Part shown: positions 52,500-64,000 of the stretch, one piece after another
How the letters are laid out: every line of letters begins with the position of its first letter
Position numbering within the stretch: position 1 is the stretch's first letter
Origin: Mobula hypostoma
Taxonomy: Eukaryota
Assembly (NCBI RefSeq): GCF_963921235.1
Contig: NC_086104.1
Location: 148,924,001 to 148,988,000 of the forward strand
Direction: 5' to 3'
DNA: 64,000 bases
The notes under the pieces: generated by a model
Database searches by the model: none
The model's input: only the letters and a program-made list of their open reading frames with translations
What the model was told of the DNA's origin: nothing
Program-made: the position numbers and the translations under genes

Positions 52500-53138
52500 A
52501 GCAATGAATCGATTAATTGTGGTTAATCTCTACCAATCAGTTACAAGAGACTCGGAAGTGACAAGGAACGCCGCAATGTGAGAGGGCATTGGCAACGACA
52601 GGTCACTCGACTCTCAATGTCTCCAATTCATCCTAATGCATTATTTTCCGAAATAAGTACAGCGCGTTTATATTTGCATTTTTGGCAATATAACATCATT
52701 TTACCCCTACGACTGTCATTGAACCCATAGTCTAAGACGACGAGAGTGGTTTTCAAATGCAAGGCGTCAAAACGAGATTTATTCTATTTTAATAAACTAG
52801 CCCCTCCTGGTCTCTGACGCCACCAGGCATCTCTGCGCATAGCTCCAATGAAGTCTTTAATTCCCGGAGCATCACATGAGTATTAGTTATTGCAATAAGG
52901 GTTTTTTCGTTTTTTTTTTGAAAAAGATAAATAATTCAGAAACGGATGATACTAGGGTGAAAAGCCCAGTAATGTTCAGTACCCTTGTTTAAACGCTGTT
53001 GAATCGCAGACGATGAGCCTTGAAATCTCGGGTTAAATGTTAGCGTTAATACTGAGCGGTGGAGTTCTGCGTGTTGCGTTAAATAACTGCGTGCTGTTGC
53101 GGCAAGTGACGGACATTCGGACCCGGTCATTTCATGAG
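52500..53138 (+). promoter_or_regulatory. Promoter and probable non-coding first exon of an unidentified plus-strand gene
   Basis: Apparently non-repetitive, CpG-enriched DNA with CCAAT (52533), ETS CGGAAGTG (52553) and a strong donor GAG|GTAAGA at 53138/53139. Confidence 0.5.
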
Positions 53139-54039
53139 GTAAGAACGTGCACAAACATACAGAAACACGCAAAATTCCGGAGGGAATCAAATATAAGACA
53201 GTCCTGATGAAGAATCGCGGCTCGAAAAGTCGACTCTTAATTCCTTTTCATGGATGCTGCCTGATCTGCTAAGTTATATCAGCATTTTCTGTGTGTTACA
53301 CGGGAGGGAATCAGCGGAGGTAAATGGACAGTCATCGTTCGGGTTGAGACCCCTCATTCGGACTTTGCATCCCGGAACGTCGACTGCCCTTTCCCCTCCC
53401 AGATGCTGCCTGACTGGCTGAGTCCGGCCATGTGTTGCTCCAAGTTTCCGTTTAAGTCTCTAACTCTCTGCATTATTTTTTCTTGTGGGCATACTAATTG
53501 AACTAACGGGTCTAATTTATCAGTGGAACAGCAACACGGTTGCTGTGCGGGCCCTAAGCAGAGACTTCAATATTAGTACACAAGGTTCTCCTCGATCTTG
53601 TACGCTCCAAACCAACATTTTAGCTTCTGAATCACTAAGGCCACCTCATTCCCCATTCCCCACATCACAGAGGCCACCCACATCATGATCATGGAGGGGA
53701 TACAACAGGGAAACAGGCCCTTCTGCCCGTTGAGCCAATGCTGACCATCAACCAACCCTACACTAATCCCATTCATTATTCGATCCACGTTCCTATCAAC
53801 TACCCCCACCACCACCAGATTCTATCACTCATAAACACACTAGGGATAATTTACAGTGACCAATTAATTTTCAGGTCTTTGGGTTGTGTGCATCTTTGAC
53901 GCTATATATTTACTAATGTAACTTTTAGTAATTTTTATATCCCACACTGTACTGGTGCTGCAAGACAACAAATTTCCTGATCTGTGTCTGAACCAGAGCA
54001 CCTGAGAAGAACAGAACAGTTGGGTACCTGCGCATGTGG

Positions 54040-55790
54040 GTTTATGGGGTATTGAAAGATATGGATGTAATGTTGAGGCTTTGTAAAGCACTGGAGAGGC
54101 CTCACTTGGGGTACTGTTTATCTAAGAAAATATGTGCTGAGGTTGGAGAAGGTTCAAAGGAGGTTCACTAAAATGATTTTGGTACTGAAAGGCTTGTCAT
54201 ATGAAGAGTATTGGATGGCTCTGGGCCTCTACTCACTGGAATTCAGGAGAATGAGGGGTGACCTCATTGAGATTTATCAAATGTTGAAATGCCTCAATAG
54301 AGAAGATGTGGAGAGGCTGTCTCCTGTGATAGGGAAGTCTAAGACCTGGGGATAAAGCCTCAGAAAATAAGGGATGCCCTTTTAGAACAGAGATAAGGAA
54401 TTTCTTTAGCCAGAGAGTGGTCAATCTGTGGAATTTGTTGCCAAAGGCGGGTGTGGAGGTCAAGTAATTGGGTATGTTTAAGACAGAGGTTGATTCTTGA
54501 TTAGTCAGGGCATGAAGGGATATAGGGAGAAGGCAGGAGATTGGGGCTGAGTGGGAAAATGGATCAGTCATCACAAAATGGCACAGCAGACTCAATGGGG
54601 CAAATGGTCTTGTTCTGCTCCTTATCTTATGGCCTTATGTTATAGCAAAACAGTAATTTACTAAGACTGAGGTAGGTATTATAGTCAATGTGGGAAAGTA
54701 TGAAGCCAAAACTTGTATTAGGTTGGCTGGGGTTGGGAAATGGCAGAAATTATGGGATAGGAGTGGGATAGGGAGGTGGTATTACAATTTATTTCCATCA
54801 GTCCAGCGGAGGCTCCTTTAGGGAAGGAATAGGAGGGAAGATGTGTGGTTGGCGAGACTAAGATTTGGACATGCTGGTTTGCACTCCACTTGGGCACTTG
54901 TTGGTAAGCATGGGAATGGTAGTGTGAATTTGTAAGGCCCCAGAGATGGTGGAACATCTGATCAAGATATGCCACTGGTATTTGTTGGAACATAGGTAGC
55001 TGTTTAGGCAATTATTGGGTAGATAATTAAAGATGAGGGCTCTTTAGAGAGGTAGCAGAGGAGATTTACCAGTATTCTGACTGGATTAGAGAGTTTGTTT
55101 TATGGAGATGTATTAAGTGAATTATGGCTTTTCTCTTTGGAGTGAAGAAGGATGAGAGGTGACTTGACAGAGATGTACAAGATGATAAGAGGCATAGATC
55201 GAGTGGACAGCCAGAGACTGTTCCCAGGGCAGAAATGGCTAATATGAGGGGGCATAATTTTAAGTGATTGGAGGAAAGGCCTTGAGAGAGTAGATGTGGA
55301 GAGGATGTTTTCTATAGTGAGTGAGTCTAGGACTTAGCCACAGAATAGAGAAACATCCCTTTAGAATGGAGAGGAGGGGGAATTTCTTTAGCCAGAGAGT
55401 GGTGCATCTGTCGAGGCGAGGTCTTTACGTATATTTAAGGCAGAGGTTAATAGATTCTTGATTGGTTGGGGCATGAAGGCATATGGCGAGAAGACAGATG
55501 ATTGGGGCTGAGAGGGAAATGGATTAGCCATGATGAAATGGGGAAGAATTGATGGGCTGAATGGCCTAACTCTGCTCCTATATTTTATGGCCTTATGGAT
55601 GCCAGAGCTATTTGTGGTAGGGCCAGATACATTAGGGATATTTAAGAGACTAAATTAAGAGATAAGCACATGGGTGATAGGCAAATGGAAGGCCATGTGG
55701 GAGGGAGGGTTTGGATTGATGTAGGTTAAAAGGTCGGCACAACATTATGGGCTGAATGGCCTGTACTGTGTTGTAATGTTCTATGTTCTA
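54040..55790 (+). mobile_element. Cluster of nested CR1 3' fragments
   Basis: LEKVQRRFTKMI..LGLYSLEFRRMRGDLIE motifs and repeated CR1 3' UTR tails. Confidence 0.75.
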
Positions 55791-55939
55791 GTCATTAAGG
55801 GTAAAAATCTTGCCTTTTACAGATCCCATGAGCAGGAGCCACAGGGTGCACTGGAAGTATGCTGGTGACCAACACTCATTCTCAGGAAATCTGAATATAC
55901 CAGGAGATTGAAGTCATCTAAGATCAACTGAAGCAACAA

Positions 55940-56003
55940 ATGGATGGTGTGGAGATACATCCCAGTCAGCCATATTCATCAGAGCTGCACCGTCAACAAT
56001 ATG
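55940..56003 (+). CDS. Unidentified gene, first coding segment (exon 55823-56003)
   Basis: ccttttacag acceptor before 55823; in-frame upstream TAA, then ATG; MDGVEIHPSQPYSSELHRQQY+G; donor G|GTAGGA, phase 1, matching the next exon. Confidence 0.55.
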
Positions 56004-56429
56004 GTAGGAGTGCTTCTTCCTTTTGCTAAATTTGTTCAAACCTTGCAAAATGTTTTAAGCATTTCACAGAATTATCCAAGGTCCTGTTAAACAGTACCTT
56101 ATCGTTACTGGAATTATCCTCCTCGATCCTTGTACAAGACATCTTGTGGAATTCAAAAATAAATGTTTTTGTTGGGAGATATGTTTTATATTTAAAAACA
56201 GCTGCTTGAGGATCTCAGCAGGTCAGGTAGCATCCTTGGAAGCAAAGGGATTGTCGGCATTTTGGGTTGAGGTCCTGTGTCAAGACTGAGTGAGATGGCT
56301 GTTATAAAGGGTTGAGGAGGAGGGGACAGGCAGGAACTGGCAGGTGATAGGTGGAAAGAGATGCAGGATTGAAGGGCAGATGGAGCCAGGCAGGGAAGGA
56401 TACATATATATATTCATCTGAGGCATAAG

Positions 56430-59150
56430 AAAATTAACCTATCAGTCTCCACTTTAAATATACCCAGTGACTTGGCCACCACAGCTGTCAACGGCAATGA
56501 ATTCTGGCTAAAGAAATTCCTCCTCATCTTTTCTAAAGGGATGTCCTTCTATTCTGAAGTTGTGCCCTCCGGCCTTAGACTCGCCAACTATAGGAAACAT
56601 CTGCTCCATGTAACGTGAAAAGAATTGCTTCCAGTACTAACCCCTCTGGAACAACACTAGTTACCAACAGCCAACCAGAATAGGGCCCCCTTTTATCCCT
56701 ATCTTTGCCTCCAATCAGTCAGCCAATATTCTATCTGTGTTCGTACCTTTCCTGTAATACCATGGGCCCTTATCTTGTTAAGCAGCCTCATGTGCAACAC
56801 CTTGTCAAAGGCCTTCTGAAAATCCAAATAAACAACATTCACTGACTCTCCGTTGTTGATTCTACCTGTTACCTCCTCAAAGAATTCCTACGGATATGTT
56901 AGGCAAGATTTCCCCTATATGCTGACTTTGGCATTTATCATGCACCTCTCAGTACCCCAAAACTTTGTCATTAATAACGGGCTCCAAAATCTTTCCAACC
57001 ACTGAAGTCAGACTAGCTGGCCTATACTTTCCTTTCTTCTGCCTTCCTCCTTTCTTAAAGTGTGGAGAGTCTTTTGCAATTTTCTAGTCCTCCAGAATCA
57101 TCCCAGAATCTAGTGATACTTGGAAGATCATTACCAATGCCTCCACAATCTCTTGAACTACCTATTTCAGAACCCAGGCTGTAGTCTATCTGGTCCAGAT
57201 GACTTATCTACCTTTCAGACCTTTCAGCTTCCCAAACACCACCTCCTTAGTAATAGCAACTACAATCACTTCTGTCCCTGACGCTCTTGAGTTTCAGGCA
57301 TATTGTTTCCCACAGTGAAGACTGATGTAAAAATATTTATTAAGTTTCCCACAGTTTCTTCCTGCCCCATTACTACCTTTCCAGCATCATTTACCAGGGG
57401 TCCAATATTTACTTTTGCCTCTTGTTTACTCTTTACATATCTGAAAATATTTTGGTTTCCTCTAGATGTTATTGGCAAGTTTACCTTCATATTCTTTTTT
57501 TTCAGTTGCCTTCTGTTGGTTTTTAAAAGCTTACAAATCCTCTAACTTCCCACTAATTTTTACTATACTATGTGCCCCCTCCTTTGCTTTTACGTTGTCT
57601 TTGACCTCCCTTGTCAACCACCGGTTCCCTCATCCTCCCTTTAGAATACTTCATCTTTGGGATGTATCTGTCCTGTGCCTTCCAAATTGCCCTGAGAAAA
57701 TCCAGATGTTGCTGTTCTGTCATCATCCCTGCTAGTGTCCCCTTCCAATCAACTTTGGCTAACTCCACTCTCATGCCCCTGTAATTCACGTTACTCTACT
57801 GTAATACAGATACATCTGACTTTATCTTCTCCCTTTGAAACTGCAGGGTGAATTCTATCATATTATGATCGCTGCCTAAGAGTTTTTTTTACCTTAAGCT
57901 CCCTAAACAAATCTGGCTTATTAAACACAACCCTAAACAATGACTAAAAACATTACTAATAAATTGTAGTAAGTTGTACTACAAGTACAACTACAGTTAT
58001 AAATTGTAGTAACCTATCATCGCAAACAATGAAGAGGTGAGCGAAGGTGAAGTGAATTCAAGGGATGAACTGTGCTGATACATAACAGAATCGATGCAGA
58101 TGGAGTGAGCCTTTCAGAGAGGAGAAGTTGAGGCAGAGGAGTTCCGATGCCCACACAACTGGCTCAGTTGCGAGGTTGGATTGCTCTGGATGTTAAGCCA
58201 ATTTGGAGAAATTGAGAGCGGTGAAATCTGGTCCCGGAATGAGTCACTGGGCGGCATGTTCCAGGCCCGGAGCCTTTCGCTGCAGCATTGCCTGGGTCCT
58301 AGTGCGAAGTATGATGTGCTGTTTGGACAATTTAAACACTGGCCCAGATGTACTGGAAAGACAAGGTGTTGGGATTGGAGGCAAGAGTTGATTTCGCTCG
58401 GTCTCTCGTGATGTTCACTGCTCTCTCCATGGCGCTGAGGCTATGAGGACTGTCCTGGCTGTTATGCTCTGCGTCTGCTAATATGATCGACTGATATCCA
58501 GGCTTTGGGCCTCCGCTGGGGTTCGGATCTAAGGACTCATTTTGGTTTGGAATGTTGCTGTCTGCTTCTATTGTTTGCATGATTTGTGTTTTTTTTTTAC
58601 CTTTCTCTGTGCATCAGGTGTTGGTCTTTTTTTTTAATTGTGTTCTTTCAGGTTTTTGCTTTGTGGCTGCCTGTAAGCAAACAAATCTCAAGCTGTATAA
58701 CTTATACATTCTTTGATGTTAAGTGTACTTTGAAACGCCCATTGCAGAATTTCATTTCCCTAGTGGGGTCAACCACAATCTGCTTTTAAAAAGCCATCTC
58801 GTAGGCATTCTACAAACTCCCTGTCTTGGGATCCAGCACGAGCCTGAGTTTCCCAATCTATCTGCATATTGAAGTCCCCCATGACTTTGGTAACTTTTCC
58901 CTTTTGGCATGCATTTTCCATCTCCGTGCTTGTACATAACTCCCGTCAGTGTCTTTTTACCCTTGCAGTTTCTTAACTGTACCCACAAGGATTCTACAAC
59001 CTCTGATCCTGTGTCATCTCTTTCTAAGGATTTGATTTCATTTTTTTTTTTTACCAACACAGCCACCCCACCCCTTCTGCCGACCTGCCTGTCCTTTCAA
59101 TACAAGGAGTATCCTTGGATGTTAAGCTCCCAACTATGATCTTCTTTCAG
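56430..59150 (-). mobile_element. Decayed CR1 ORF2 (endonuclease to RT) interrupted by a plus-strand non-autonomous element (about 58020-58735)
   Basis: VESLWVQLRNCKGKKTL, NYRGMRVELAKVDWKG, FRYVKSKQEAKVNIGPL. Confidence 0.78.
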
Positions 59151-60559
59151 CCACGATCAGTGACGACCTCAGTCTCGCACCTTACAATTTTCTCCCCATT
59201 CTGATGTTTGGTCTGAACAACAACTGAACCTCTTGATCATGTCTGCATGCTTTCATGCACTGAGTCGCTGCCAGATGATTGGCTGATTGGATATTTGCAT
59301 TAATGAGCAGGTGTACCTAGTAAAGTGTGTGTACCTATCTATCCTGGTATTGTTGATTTCAACAGAATGCTAAATGAAAAGAAAAGCAAATTATTTATTT
59401 AAAGGGGGAAATAATTATTTAAATAATCTTGAACAGTTGAAAATTTCAAGAAGGACAAACATTTATTTTAATGTAATTTTATGTTTATTAAAATAAATAA
59501 TATAATTTTAAAAACCTCGCCTGAAAAGCAGGGATGGATTTTATAATCAATCATTTGTGAGATCTGTGTGCCATCAGCGAGGTCTGCAGAATTTGACGAT
59601 TCCTAGTTGCTCTCGAGGAACTGGGGGTGAGCTGTCTTGATTTGCTGCCGTGCTTCTGGTGAAGGTCCTCTCGTGATTCGGCTCGGCAAGGTGTTCCAGG
59701 AGCAAGAAGGAAATTTCTGGATGAGCTTAGCGGGTCAGGCAGCATCTGTGGAGAGAAATGGACAATTTCAGGTCAAGTCTCCATTTTGTTGTGCTAACTT
59801 GACTGCCAGTTGAGTGTTTTGCATAATGCTGACTATTGTATTAGGAAACTGAGAAATGATAATTGCATGAAAATGAATCAAATACAAATACAATGTACTG
59901 TATTTCTCAGCATCTAACAAAGGCATATTATTCTTTGTAGTATTATTTGAAATATCACCAGGTACTGCAGGCTGTTCAGCAGTGCTCACTGCTTGAGACA
60001 TGCCTCCCTCTTGTTACTGCCGTTGGGTATGAGGTACAGGATCCTGAGGACCCACGTTCAATAATTTAAAAAGAGCCTTTTCCTCTCTGCCTTCAGATTT
60101 CTGAATGGAAGTATGAACACTACCTCGTTATTCCTTTCATTTGCACAATTTATTTTTTTGTAAGTTATGGTTTTATTTCTTTGTATTTTACTGCTGCTGA
60201 AAGACAAGTATGTCATGTAAATCAGTGATGATAATCTGATTACAGCCTGTGGCCTCTGTCGCTCTGCACCTCTTCATCAATAATCTGTTTCACCCCCCCC
60301 CCCACGTTCTTTGTATCAGTTTTAGCAGAGTCTTAAAGCCCACATGAAACTGAAAGAAAATATATGGCTACACAGTCAATATTTAACAGAGGTCACATGA
60401 GGTTGGTGGAAGCATTTTTAACATGCCTGTGGCTAAGTGAGCCAGAATTTTTATTGTGGTGAGACATCCGATGAAATCTGGCATTGGATGGATTCTCCTT
60501 TTTAGATTTGTGTTTGGAAAACTTTCATATGGCTCGTTGTTGAGGATGTGGATAAATAA

Positions 60560-61101
60560 TGATTTTTGTCACTGACAGTTGCTGAGAAATAAGCAGCCAA
60601 TTCAGAATTGTTTTGCTCACTGCGGTTTTGGTGCAAAATGCCAAAAACGGGTGGGAGTGAAAATGAAATATTTTAATTACTTCAACAAGTTAGGAACTAT
60701 AAAGAATTTGAAGGTATTGACAATCATCTTGAATGTTACAATGAAAACAAAGATTTGGAGGATTCAATCATTGGAAGGATTGTATGAAGGCTGTCCATTA
60801 TCTGCACCAGGTGTCTGCTGATTTTGTTCATTTACAATCAATCAAAAGAACACAGCAGTGTACACTGAGTAAATTCCTCTGTCGATAACTATTAGGAACT
60901 AATACAGTTTTATAGTGCAGGTATTGTAGTGTTTTTGTTTGTATTTAATTTAAATACATAATTTGTTACTCAGTTAAATGATAGTTTGTCTTTTTAATAC
61001 CTTTTTAATGATTTCCATGAAGCTTTGGCTAATTGGGGCAGCTGCTTAATTGGGCCAAAATGTACTGGTCCTGATGTGTCCCAATTAACTGGAATCCACT
61101 G
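60560..61101 (+). mobile_element. Tigger/pogo-like transposon right end
   Basis: Reverse-complement match to 1128-1420; transposase C-terminal remnant IQNCFAHCGF; TIR ends GGAATCCACTG. Confidence 0.75.
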
Positions 61102-62597
61102 AATATGTAATCAATGAACTAGAAGGCAGAAAGTTTTCAAAAGGGTACTGAAAGTGCAGGGTGATTTAGAGAGTAGCTTGAAATACCTGAGTTCAATTGC
61201 ATTTCTGTTCCTGGCCTGATCTCAAAGCTCTAAGTAAATTTATTATCAAAGTATGTATATGTTGCCATACAACCCGGAGATTCACTTTCTTGGGGCATTC
61301 ACAGAAGAACAAAGAAATACAATAGAATCAGTGGAAAACTATACACAAAGTCTGATAAACAATGAATGTGCAAAAGAAGATAAACTATGTAAATATAAAT
61401 AAATAAATAAATAGATAAGTAATATGGAGAACATGAGTTGTAAAGTCCTTGAAGGAAGATTGTGGAATCAGCTCAGTGTTGAACTGAGTGAATTTGTCCA
61501 TGCTGGTTCAAGAGCCTGATGATTGAAGGGTAAAAACTGTTCCCAAACTTGGTGGTGTGGGACCTGTGGCTCCTGCACCTCCTTCCCAATGGCAGCATTG
61601 AAAAGAGAACATGGCCTGGATGATGGGTGTCCTGGGCTTGGCATATTCTCCTTGCTCTCTCTGCATGAATTAAATTAAGGTGTGGAGTATGAATATGCAG
61701 CAGATCTTTGACCATGACCATAGTTGATATGCCACACAATGCCTTTTTAACAATGGAGTCACTGAGCTGACTGTTTTGCCAGCTATATTAATCCCCTTTG
61801 CCCACATTTGGTCCTTTTCCTCTCCCTTGACTATTCGTGCCTGTCTTAATGTCTCTTAAACACAATGACTCTCTCTGATCTCATCACCTCTTCTAACAGT
61901 GAGTTGTAGATATCAACCACATTCTGTGTAAATAAAAACTTTTCCTTCAAATCCCCTTTGAGGTTCCTTCCTCTCACCCTAAAACTGCCCTCCATCCTTC
62001 CTTGTGGCAGTACTTCCTGTAGATGTGCTCAGTGGTGGGGAGGGATTTTTCCAGTGGTGGTCTGGGCTGTGTCCACCACTTTTCGTGTGCATCCACTGTG
62101 TCGCTGTGCGTCAAACACCAATAACCATGCCATTATTTCTATGGGATATATTCTCCATGCCATTGAGCTGTGAGGTGGATAGAAAGGTTCGAAGCTAACT
62201 ATTAAAGGGTTAATTACCAACAAATTCAATGATTTGTGCAGCTTCAACTTTAAGCTAAAGAAAAATCATCATGATTGCAGTTAAGAAAAACTAGAAATCA
62301 GCAGCATTTACTGGGACGCGTGTAAATAATCAGACATCCATCATCATTGGAAAGACGGAGAGATGTATTACTGATCATCTGGACTAGGGAGAATCTCAGG
62401 CCTTTGGGAGTACAGTTGTTGCTTCAGTTATTATCCCACAGTAGAAGGCAAACCACAGTATTTCTCAGCCTGTGCTGTTCCATTTCAGAAGTCTTGTAGA
62501 GTTATTACCATGATAAAATTCATTTGATTTCAACTTTACAGTGGGAGGAGGGGATGCTCCGCACTACCTTTGAAATAATGTTGGTTTTATTTTTCAG

Positions 62598-62855
62598 GGA
62601 ATCAGCCACCAAATGAACTCAGCTGGTCAATTCACGCACCTTCGAGCTTCGACGTCAATTCTACTTGTCTTGATCACAACTGGGCAATGACTACCTCTGC
62701 TCTTTGCTATCCCAGCACCCTTCCAAACTCCCTCTGCCTATCAAACAACGCAACACCCACTTTGTATTCAAGACCACCTACGATTACTCACCAAGGACTG
62801 GATCTAAACTACGGTTTTCAGCCAATTCATCAGAGCTACCAATCGCAGCAAGACA
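62598..62855 (+). CDS. Unidentified gene, second coding exon (Ser/Pro/Gln/Thr-rich)
   Basis: ttttatttttcag acceptor, GTGAGT donor; 258 nt, phase 1-1, fully open (GNQPPNELSWSIHAPSSFDVNSTCLDHNWAMTTSALCYP...YQSQQD). Confidence 0.65.
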
Positions 62856-63234
62856 GTGAGTGTTTGGTCATCTTAAATTCTGGGCGGTGAATAGTAGCAA
62901 GACCAAAAACTTAGTCCTTGAGGAATTCACAGAACAAAATCAAGGGTTGGAGGCAACTTTAAATTTGGCCATTTAGATGAATGTTTATGAAGACCTACAG
63001 GCATTATGTGGGCACCAAGTCCCTTTAAATTGACTGCATGTACAAAAATAATAGTTCAGTAGGATAAGTTACAGATTGTGCTGTCTCTAACCTAGATTGC
63101 AACTTTACTATTAGTATTTTCCTCAATGTTTTTAGAAATCTGTATACAGTAAGAATAGGGTGCCTTGGCTCAGTCCTTTCTGGGTCTAAGCATGCAACAA
63201 GTTAGTCATTTCTATTTAAGTTTGGCTTTGATTT

Positions 63235-64000
63235 CACTGGACAACAAAGGCTTTGCTTCCTGATTACTTTTGGGTGTATCTTATGGATTTTGGGATGTTG
63301 ATCATGAAAATCACCATGAAATTTCTCTATTAGCACCATTTCTTTGAACTTGCCTATATGTGTTATTTCAATTCATAATTTCAGTCAGAATAACTGATGC
63401 CAAGATTAAGGAAGGCATTTTTGTTGGTCCACAAATCAAGCAGGTCATCAATGACAGGCAGTTTGTAGAACTTCTAGTGGGACTGGAGAAAATTGCATGG
63501 AAGGCATTCACAGATGTTGTTGGAAAATTTTCTTGACAACTACAGAGCGCCAAACTGCGTGCAACTGGTTGACAACATGCTTCAAGCATACAAAACCATG
63601 AAGTGCAACGTGTCACTAAATATTCATTTTCTTTATTCCAATTTAGACTTCTTCCTCCCTGAAAATCTTGGTGCTGTTGGTAACAAGCATGGTGAAAGTT
63701 TTCACTGGGACTTTGTGGTTGTGGAGAAATGGTATCAGGGCAACTGGAATCCATAAATGCTGGCTGATTATTCTTGTACACTTAGGAGGGAAGCCTAAGA
63801 CACAGAGTATAAATGAAAATCATCAACAAAACAGTTTTATATTAGTTGAACTATAGCAAACCGTCACCACTGTTATACAATTAAATGTATTATAATCCAA
63901 TAAAAGTTAATTTCTTGTTTCTCCAAATTCCTACATAATACAAGTAGTCTGAAATTATATTTGTGTTTAGTTTCAAATGGTTTATCATAAACAAAAAAAA
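63235..64000 (+). mobile_element. Internally deleted Chapaev3-like (CMC) DNA transposon, continuing past the window edge
   Basis: Starts CACTGGACAACAAA; DAKIKEGIFVGPQI..EKIAWKAF and MKCNVSLNIHFLYSNLDFF.PENLGAVGNKHGESFH.D....EKWYQGNWN match, from memory, the Chapaev3-type transposase C-terminus. Confidence 0.65.

Noticed and set aside
62613-62690. MNSAGQFTHLRASTSILLVLITTGQ* as a signal peptide exon
   Set aside because: It stops within the exon with no donor; the other frame is open throughout and phase-matched to the upstream exon.
1-64000. Prokaryotic systems (CRISPR arrays, operons, defence islands)
   Set aside because: Spliceosomal gene structure and vertebrate retroelements throughout; no repeat-spacer array seen.

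Overview
Eukaryotic, intron-rich and heavily repeat-derived vertebrate DNA. The repeat content (CR1, Rex1/Babar, Hero, RTE, Penelope-derived hairpins, V-type SINEs) suggests a cartilaginous fish, probably a ray; this is inference. Three spliced genes can be assembled from splice signals and phase. (1) NUDT18 on the minus strand: three coding exons, 321 aa, intact Nudix box, probable 5' exon and CpG promoter near 48 kb. (2) A three-exon Myb/SANT-like (MSANTD/NAIF1/MYPOP-type) gene on the minus strand, about 411 aa, that looks like a domesticated PIF/Harbinger accessory protein gene with a host-type, probably bidirectional CpG promoter. (3) The 5' part of an unidentified plus-strand gene (exons near 53.1, 55.9 and 62.7 kb) that runs off the window. 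The most unusual non-genic structures are a TSD-flanked tandem dimer of minimal type I hammerhead ribozymes (retrozyme-like, Penelope-derived), young perfect fold-back members of the same family, and a 402-bp TG...CA element built from inverted LTR-like arms with a 5-bp TSD. Most short ORFs in the supplied track are transposon debris or antisense shadows. All family assignments come from motif recognition, not database searches, and repeat boundaries without a TSD or TIR are approximate.
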